The position numbers were made by a program, and so were the translations under genes. A stretch of DNA of 61,032 bases, the filler included, from Sphacelaria rigidula (taxonomy: Eukaryota), in the NCBI GenBank assembly GCA_964200075.2. It is 9 parts of 9 records of this genome, joined end to end, with 100 filler letters (N's around TTAATTAATTAA, not from the genome) between each part and the next. Parts side by side here need not be neighbours in the genome. Positions count along the whole stretch, not along the records: positions 47,549 to 54,240 come from CAXNAA020018586.1; positions 54,341 to 61,032 come from CAXNAA020018587.1; 7 more parts are not named here. One strand, written 5' to 3'. The notes under the pieces are model-generated. The model made no database searches. It was not told where the DNA came from and worked only from the letters and a program-made list of their open reading frames with translations. Positions 53,601 through 61,032 of the stretch are shown piece by piece; positions within the stretch are counted from its first letter, which is position 1; the number at the start of each line of letters is the position of its first letter.

Positions 53601-54807
53601 CGAACCGACTCATGTGGGCATTATATCTGTTTTCGGACTGCTATACGGCTATCATGTGGGCGAAATTGCTGCAAACGATCCCAATAGTGTATTCACAGCC
53701 CTGCTCCATTCTACCGCCTCTAGCAATTCTGGTGGGATGTCCAAAACGTCTGCCATCCGGAAACCAGCATGATATAGTGATACTAGCCCGCAAGACAGTG
53801 AATTCGAGCCACTACACGGCCCCCGGTACATGTGCCTGAAGCCGATGCGGGCTGCGGTGAATTAGTCACAACCGAGTAAGAACGTTCATGCCGGTTGCAT
53901 GGGATTGCGTGGGCTACGTATTTGAAATTCTAATTGAGAGGCAACATCACATCCTGAAAGCGCAATGTCCAGGTCACGCAATCATGTCTTAGCTAATCCT
54001 TGTCAAATGTCCAAAATTGTACAAAACCCCGAGGCGTGCTGGGACGTCTCGTAAAACGAAGCAGCCTTGCTTCGTAACTTCTGCCATGCTCCTCGATTTC
54101 AATATATAGTGGAGGCAACTTCCTACTCGGCGGGTGCCGTGGTGTAAAACGCCGACCGGTTCCTGCGGGGGAATGAACTCCATGTGACCCCCCCCCCCGG
54201 CCCCCCCCGCCCCCCCCCCGCCCCCCCAGGCAGCCGTCCANNNNNNNNNNNNNNNNNNNNNNNNNNNNNNNNNNNNNNNNNNNNTTAATTAATTAANNNN
54301 NNNNNNNNNNNNNNNNNNNNNNNNNNNNNNNNNNNNNNNNGGCCGTCAGTAGTGTGCGCTCCTTTTCCGGTACTCGTCAGTCATCTCCACTTTGGGCCGC
54401 TGCTGTTGCGGGCATCCGCCTCTTTCCTCTGTTCTTGGGTTTGATGGTGGTATCCTCGCCTCGAACCTTCCGCTGCAATAGAGCAACACCCCCCCACACA
54501 CATCGGCAGACTACAAGTTGTCTACTGTCTGTTGTGCGGCATTTGTATGTACACTGTGCTTGTGTGTTGTCCCATCTATTCTGGACGCCGGTCTAGACCT
54601 TTTGGTACATGTGGGCGCACCAGCCGGCGTCACACACACAGAACGTCCGTGTTCAGGTTCTGAAACCCGAAAAACACTGCAGAACTGCCGTGTTGTCTGG
54701 TGTTGAGTGTGGTACTCTACACTTCACATACCACTGCAGAGTTGTCTTGTGCTGAGTGTACCACGCTGTACTTCAAATAATGGGGTCATCTTTTGAGCAG
54801 TTTTCGA

Positions 54808-54892
54808 AAAGTTCTGCTCGTTTTTTCAAAGTTCTGCTCGTTTTTCCCAAAGTTCTCCTTAATTTTTTAAAAGTTCTCCTCGTTTTTTAAAA
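54808..54892 (+). repeat. ~20-bp minisatellite (AAAGTTCTGCTCGTTTTTTC) x4
   Basis: Two exact and two degenerate units. Confidence 0.8.
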
Positions 54893-56901
54893 GTATTCCG
54901 AAAAAACCAAGAGTGTTTTCTGTCATAGAAATCTAGTGCCGAACCTGCAATAGCCTGAGGCAACAACCAATTGAAAAATGGGAAAAAAATATCGGGCCTC
55001 ATGAAGGGGCATTCCGGAACTGAATCGCTTCATGCACAAATTGACCGCATCTCACTTTCAATCGCACCCTCTACTCTCAATCTCACGAGATCATTTTTTT
55101 GTATGACAGAAAATATCGAAAACAAAAAGGTTTGTAATACATGCTGTTAATGAGCACATGTAGCTAAAAATCACTGGGGGTGTTTATCCAATGTCACAGT
55201 ATAGAGAAGGGCTGCCTTTGCGATTAGGGGTGTCATGACTCGATCAATAATGTATCACTCCAAGAAACTTCCACGATCATATTATCAGCGAACATGATGA
55301 TCGCCTCGTCCCACCAGCCACAGTCAGTATACCCCTTCAAGATGTGTATCGTGTGCATAGCAAGCAATAAAGCCCTATGGGTATTGACTTCACTATTAGT
55401 TCAGTTGATGCAGTATCTGCTACCCTCCCCTCGTTCTCGTTTCAGTGGTACGTAGCTGCAGTGGAGTATGCGGGTTTTCTTGTCTAGTATGCACACTTTC
55501 GCGCCTGGAACGGGAATCATCGTTCTATCAAACCTCTCAGAGGGGTTCACGGGAGCTCATCGTTGAAAACTCCACAGTTGGACACATTCCGGAACAGCTC
55601 CTCCTACCGCGGCTTCGAACTAAGCGCCAACTCCAGGCAGACTGAGAACCCTCGGTCACAAGGGGTCAACAAGGCACCCTAGGCACAGTGTGCTTGGGCA
55701 GAGCTTAAATCGGTCACGTGTCGTGTCGATTGCAGCCAAACCAAACGTTATGAAGCAGGCGGGCGCTTGGGACTGCCGAACGCCTTCAGATCGGAATACA
55801 AGAGTCCAAGCATGGATTGCATCGCAAGTACCGCGGCAGGCATGGGAGTATCGCTTGGTACTACCGACTCGTCCCGAGAAAGGATGGGAAAATAGAGGTG
55901 CGAAAAGAGAGATTTAGGGCTGCCGTCAATCAACACCTGCAACAACATATCTGACGCTTTGCTTGGGGATGGAGAATGGCCTAATATGACCCACAAACGT
56001 CATATACACCCGATCGCTACCCTTGCGATACATGCCCGTAGATTCATACCAAATTAAAACCATCATCTTCAAAAATATCATGCTTGAAATCACAAGAGAT
56101 GCCGCATATTTTCCAAATCTCTTGAACATGTAATAAACTAGGTCAAGTCACATTGCCTCGCAGGCATTTCATTGGGGGGCATATCTAAGCTCGGCCAAAA
56201 CCAGCTCTCGACTAGCGCCAGCTTCACGCGATCTGTGCAACATGCCTGCTGTCATACCCTCTCCCACGACTCCATCCGAGTACACCCATGATGAAATACC
56301 GTCCATTTCAACAAGCCTGCACATCTGATGACGAGGACGAGGGAAAGTGGGGACCGGGGGGGAAGGGGGGGAGAGGCACGGCAGTTCAACGAACGACAGT
56401 ACGCATGAAAACACAAAAATACGCATACGTGAATGGATAACTACAGGCTGGTTCATGCTTTTCTCCCAAAATTGTGTCATCAGTAGATGCCTTCCGTAGA
56501 ACCTACCCAATAGTCGCACACATGGTCACATATTTGGAAACGGTTACCATGGTACCGAGTGATACCCCAAACCGTGGTATTTCGGTGACGTTGGGTCTTT
56601 ACGTCGTCGGATTTCCACTGACGGTACGCACGGAAGACCCAGGAAGGTTTCCCTCGTATCTCTTTTAGAAAATCTCAGATAAACCCCAAACTTGGAAGTC
56701 CCGTATGTATTGGTGCTCCATATGGGAAAAAAAGGATTGTTGACAATGTCTTCAAAGTTTCTCCGCAATTTACAGTCTTCCGGGGGTCTTCATGCTGGGA
56801 ACCCCGGAAGGCGATACAGAATGCCTCAGAACAAAGGAGCCTATTATTGTACCTCCCGGGTAGTCCAAGGAACCTTTGCACCAAGTTTGATTGCAAAACT
56901 C

Positions 56902-57156
56902 CAAGCGTCGGACAAAGAATGATTCGTCTGGACTTTACTTGGTTTCAGTATAATTGATTCGAATCGTACGAATCAATCCCTAGGCTTTGTGTTCACCGTT
57001 GCAACCCAGGTACACGCAGCCCAGACACGGAATGGCGCAAAAGTTGCGTGGATACCCCTTGGACCAGTGGTCAACTTTTTTCTCCTTCTCGGGCAATCAG
57101 GCCGAAGAAATCGTGGATTTGGTTATTCATAGTCGTGATGATTCGTCCTAACCGTA
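56902..57156 (-). mobile_element. hAT-type MITE with perfect 8-bp TSD
   Basis: CAAAACTC at 56894-56901 and 57157-57164; termini CAAGCGTCGGAC / (rc) TACGGTTAGGACGA; homologous to 31954-32276. Confidence 0.9.
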
Positions 57157-57429
57157 CAAAACTCGACCACCTCATACACGTTTCCCCAAAATTCCTGACA
57201 AAGAAGTTTTCGAAATAAAATAAAGTAGGCGTTTGCACGTTTCAAGCTTACTACTCGTACATCGCACAGCAGCAAAACTTGCACGCCGTTTTTAGGAATT
57301 AGACCGTTTCTTACGCTTCGCATTTTCCCAGCGTACTTGAAAAAAAAACATACCATGAAAAGGTACGACTGGAAAATACGACCAGAAACGGTGACCTTTT
57401 CTTATGGTTCCACATAAAGAAAATTGGGG

Positions 57430-58135
57430 GGGTTGATCGGGACGGCGTACTCATTCGTTGCTTGCCTAGTCCTTTGACCATTGACCACGCATCCCTTTCG
57501 AGACGGGGCACCGCGCCTACTCCTAATAGAGACACCTCCAACATTCTGGCGCTCATTACGTTTCTTCCATACAAAACACAAAACCTTTTACATATCTAGT
57601 CCTCGTCCCGTTTCGCCGTCGCTGGCCACCATTTATCTCCTCGTATAGCCATCGTTTTCTTGCTACTGCCTAATGCATCAAACGATTTCATGTCACCTTC
57701 GTTCACGTCCCGCATGTCCCCCTCTAGCACGTCCCGTTCCTCGTTGTATAGTTCAAATTTTACCACTAAATGCCTTCTGCTCTCTATTGCTTCGCCACAG
57801 AGGCAATTCTGTCCATCTACTTTCTCCTCCTGTCGACGACTGGTGAAACTCTTTCTTCTTTCTGGCAGATCCAGGTCCCCCACCCGAAGTCGCAATTTCA
57901 TATTTCTCGCAACGTCTATCAGGTCATGTAAATATGCTTTCATCCCGATCCCCTCTCTCAACCACCCGTATATCCCCAGAAGATCTTCCTCGTCTTCGCG
58001 TCTGAGCGCTCCTTTTCTCCTTATTTCTATCATGCCTCTTACTTTTGTCTGGTTCCCCGCGCCTTCACCTATGGACCAGAATTTCGTCTTGGTTTCCTCT
58101 TATCTATTTCCATACTTTCTCGACTTCTTTATCCC
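57430..58135 (-). mobile_element. 5'-truncated RTEX-like LINE 3' end (family A)
   Basis: KLRLRVGDLDLPERRK..CLCGEAIESRRHLV..ELYNEERDVL..GDKWWP..PSRKGCVVNGQ: a C-terminal zinc-knuckle region typical of LINE ORF2. Confidence 0.85.
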
Positions 58136-58321
58136 ATAGGGGGCGAAAGAGCATGGAGGTGCCAAAAGTACGGTCAGCGGAGTTCGAAGGGGTGTGCTCA
58201 CCGAGGCGGGGTACGAAAGACTTCAAGACTATATTTCACCATGCCAAGCTTCCTGTTGGTGTAATAAGACATGCAACAAGACCTCCCCGGATGGCTGCTG
58301 GCCCAGCTCGTTCTGTGTACA

Positions 58322-58866
58322 AAACTGATATCTTCGTCCCATACTGTCGTATGCGGTAGTTCAGACGGTACTGTGCTGTCTAGTACTGTCTGTACTGCAC
58401 TTCTCTACATCATTTTGAGAGCAGCCGTTGTATATTACTTTCTGTCGACTGATATCTGCATCTTGCACTGCCATATGCGGCAGTATAGACAGTGCTGTAC
58501 TGCCTAGTACTGTCTGCACTGCATGCAGTCCACATCATATTTGGTGCGGCCGTTGTACACTACTGGGTGCAAAGTGACATGTGCATCATACTGTCTGTTG
58601 TATGCGGCAGTACAAGCCTTGTAGTATCTGCACTGCACGCTGTCCAGATCACTTTCAGCAGCCGTTGGGTGCAAAGTGACATCTGCACCCCACTGTTAAA
58701 TGCGGCAGTACAGACAGTACAGTTATGGGTGCGCGTGCCTAGTGTGGTCTGTACTTCACGTCGTCCACATCATACGTTGTCCGCATCATTTTAATGCAGC
58801 CGCTGCACTACTATTGTGTGTAAACCGACACCTACAACTCGCTGCATGAGGCAGCACAGACAGTAC
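58322..58866 (+). repeat. Degenerate ~125-bp tandem repeat, ~4.5 units
   Basis: Anchor ATGCGGCAGTA-like at 58351, 58475, 58602, 58700 and 58846, each followed by TCTG(C/T)ACTGCA..CACATCA..GCAGCCGTTG (last unit truncated). Confidence 0.8.
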
Positions 58867-60558
58867 GTCAAATACAAGCCGGGAGGGTTATTCTCGTAAA
58901 ATTTTCCCCGTCTCGAATTATCTTCCCGGATTTCTGTGAAAATACGAACGAGTAATAACCGTCTTGCACCATGAAATTTTGCGCGCGCGTGTTATGGGTC
59001 ATTACAAAAATTTCGATGAACAAGGTTGTTTTGCTCTCTGGTTTTTTACAGGTTTTCAGGGGTCCCACGAGGTCCAAGGTTCCACAGAAAAGGTCCCCGA
59101 GAACCCTGAGATCCCCGAAAACCGGTGAAAAGAACAAAAAGTGAAAACCTCGTTCATCGAAAGTTGCGTAATGGCCCATCGCGAGATTGTGCAAAAGTCA
59201 GGGTCCAACTGATATAAACGGCGTGATTTTTTGCGGGTAACTGCTCTTAGGTTGATGAGTATGGACCAGCCTGTAGCTAAAAAACTACCCACATAGCGTA
59301 GAGTGCAGCAGGACCTACATCTCGTGGCTTATTTCCCATCTTATCCAGTAGCCACTGTACTTCGGGCTGAAACCATCCCCTTCGACACAAACAGTGGCAA
59401 ATTGCTAAAAGTATTCATGAAACTCTGACCTGCGGTGCACCATCAACGGAGTTTTCTCCAGCAGCAGAAGCGTTGCTACAAGTATCCGAAGCTTCCCTTG
59501 CACCACAGTATTTGCCATCTACTTCAGGACGGGGGGAAGGCTCGAAGTGTGGGTGCCTTGGGATGACATCGCCGGCGCGGTAGAGCGGAACGTCGAGAGT
59601 TTTGCTCATATGTTTCGCCTGCAGTAAAACCTTCCAGAAACAGAGACACGTGCCGGACACGTGAATGTAGTCCAGGAGGGTCACAAGTTGCCACGAACGA
59701 GAGCACGTCACCGACGGCGGCATCAAGGAAGAGCCAAAAAGGTGACGTTACATAGTGTAGCGTGAAAAAGAGACCGCGAGAGAATAATCAAAACGGTAGG
59801 ATGAACCGTGGGAGCGAGGCAAGGGAGAACAAACTTATCATGGCGAGATGGGAAAATGACGATGGCAGCTCAGATACAGGAGCGAGAAAACAGAGCATCA
59901 ATGCACAATTCAACACGAACCCTCCGCTAGACAGATATAAACGCCAAGAAAAATCATTGGAGCAACAGCATATCGTGGCAAGGCAAAATATACACAGGAT
60001 AGACACGAAAAAGCAGCCTTAGCTACACATCTTACCTGCTCCTCCAGGCTGGCACAAGGATGCGAGCTGTAGAACACGGGATCCATAAAAAGGACGGGTG
60101 CCATCACATCCTCCCTCAGCAACAATCGTACCACTGCGCGAGCCTCCATACGGCCGGCTTCTGACTGCACGTACACGAGACGCACATTACCCTGCAAGAG
60201 ATACCTGAATAAAAACGTACCGTGGCCGTTTGACGTTCAGTACAGGGAATGAGCAGCAGCCTAATATCCGTGCAAACCATGCCACTCATGTGTTGTTTGG
60301 ATCACGTCTACCAAAACCGGGGAGGCGAACCGCGTCGGCTACACCCGAAAAGGGGCAAGCTAGCGTTGACCTTGACTAGTGCACCCCATGGCTCGCATTC
60401 GCCACGTACACGTGAACCTCCAGATAAATAACGCAGAAACATGTAGCTCTCAAGGCTGGAGTGAAAGGTTAAAGCAAGGTGTAGTGCCCCTCCGCTATCC
60501 CGAACTCCGACAAAGGTCAAGCGCAGTGCTGCCGCGCCCTGGTCTGATTGGTACGAAA

Positions 60559-60852
60559 CAAGGATTTCGTGAGATTGAGAGTAGAGGATACGATTGAGAG
60601 TGAAAAGCGGTCACATAGTGAATGAATCGTTTCAGTTCCGAAATGCCCCTGCACGAGGCCCGATATGCTTTCTGTTGTAGCTTCCCACTGAGGCCCTTGA
60701 TATCCCTGAGTAGGATATCGACGTGTAGCGGTAAGCACACTCTAGTGATGGAGGCAAAAAAAGCGCACATGGAATGAACAATTGGCTAACTTAAAGCGAA
60801 TGACCGAAGCCACTCTCTTCAGCGCTCTACTCTCGATCTCACGAAAACGTTG
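60559..60852 (+). mobile_element. MITE family (CAACGTTTTCGTGAG TIRs), copy 2
   Basis: Colinear with 26181-26478; ends CTCACGAAAACGTTG. Confidence 0.85.
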
Positions 60853-61032
60853 TCACAAGTGAAGGTGTTCGTGGTAGAGCGGAAGACTGGAGGATGAAAC
60901 GAGTCGACACGACGCAAGAGTGCTGATCCAATCCACGATACGATAATCTATGGTGTGTACCGGGGGGGGTGCGCTCATGATCATGCATGCCATAGTCATC
61001 AGCCCATTGACCTCGCATCCCTACAAAGCCGG

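Larger units (their letters stand above)
55748..60204 (-). pseudogene. Unidentified spliced (pseudo)gene
   Basis: Putative exons 60204(or 60191)-60036 (..VRLVYVQSEAGRMEARAVVRLLL..ASLEEQ|GTAAG), 59618-59430 (AKHMSKTLDVPLY..GAPQ|GT) and 56324-~55748 (MCRLVEMDG..; two stops and a frameshift). Junctions are phase 0. No family recognised. Confidence 0.4.

Noticed and set aside
1..61032. tRNA, tRNA-SINE, rRNA or endogenous giant-virus (NCLDV) genes
   Set aside because: GGTTCGA hits lack cloverleaf context, and no long intronless viral-type ORFs were seen.

Overview
Eukaryotic, intron-rich, TE-dense DNA. Gene architecture and repeat content point to a brown alga (Phaeophyceae); this taxonomic call is an inference. 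The window is not one locus. It holds nine independent scaffolds of 6693 bp (x4) and 6692 bp (x5), sorted by size and joined by 100-bp N44-TTAATTAATTAA-N44 linkers, so adjacency across linkers has no biological meaning. Three host genes can be spliced cleanly, each partial. (1) A class II CCA tRNA nucleotidyltransferase (+, 10288-13301, 6 exons) with a long low-complexity insertion. (2) An EXS-domain (XPR1/PHO1/ERD1-family) membrane protein (-, 28166-32409, 6 exons). (3) An atypical Hsp70 (+, 41049-45217, 5 exons), intact in frame, with substituted catalytic and allosteric residues, no helical lid, no EEVD and a PPxY-bearing tail; this is the most interesting object here. Also present: two antisense exons with a RanBP2-like zinc finger next to the EXS gene, and an unidentified spliced pseudogene. 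The rest is mobile DNA: two decayed RTE LINEs, many RTEX-like LINE 3' ends terminating in oligo-C, two Ty3/Gypsy elements (one with both LTRs but the RT core deleted), an old gag-protease-only LTR element, hAT-type MITEs with 8-bp TSDs, a MITE with a 4-bp TSD, foldbacks, a 68-bp-arm hairpin and tandem repeats. No tRNA, rRNA or CRISPR array was seen.
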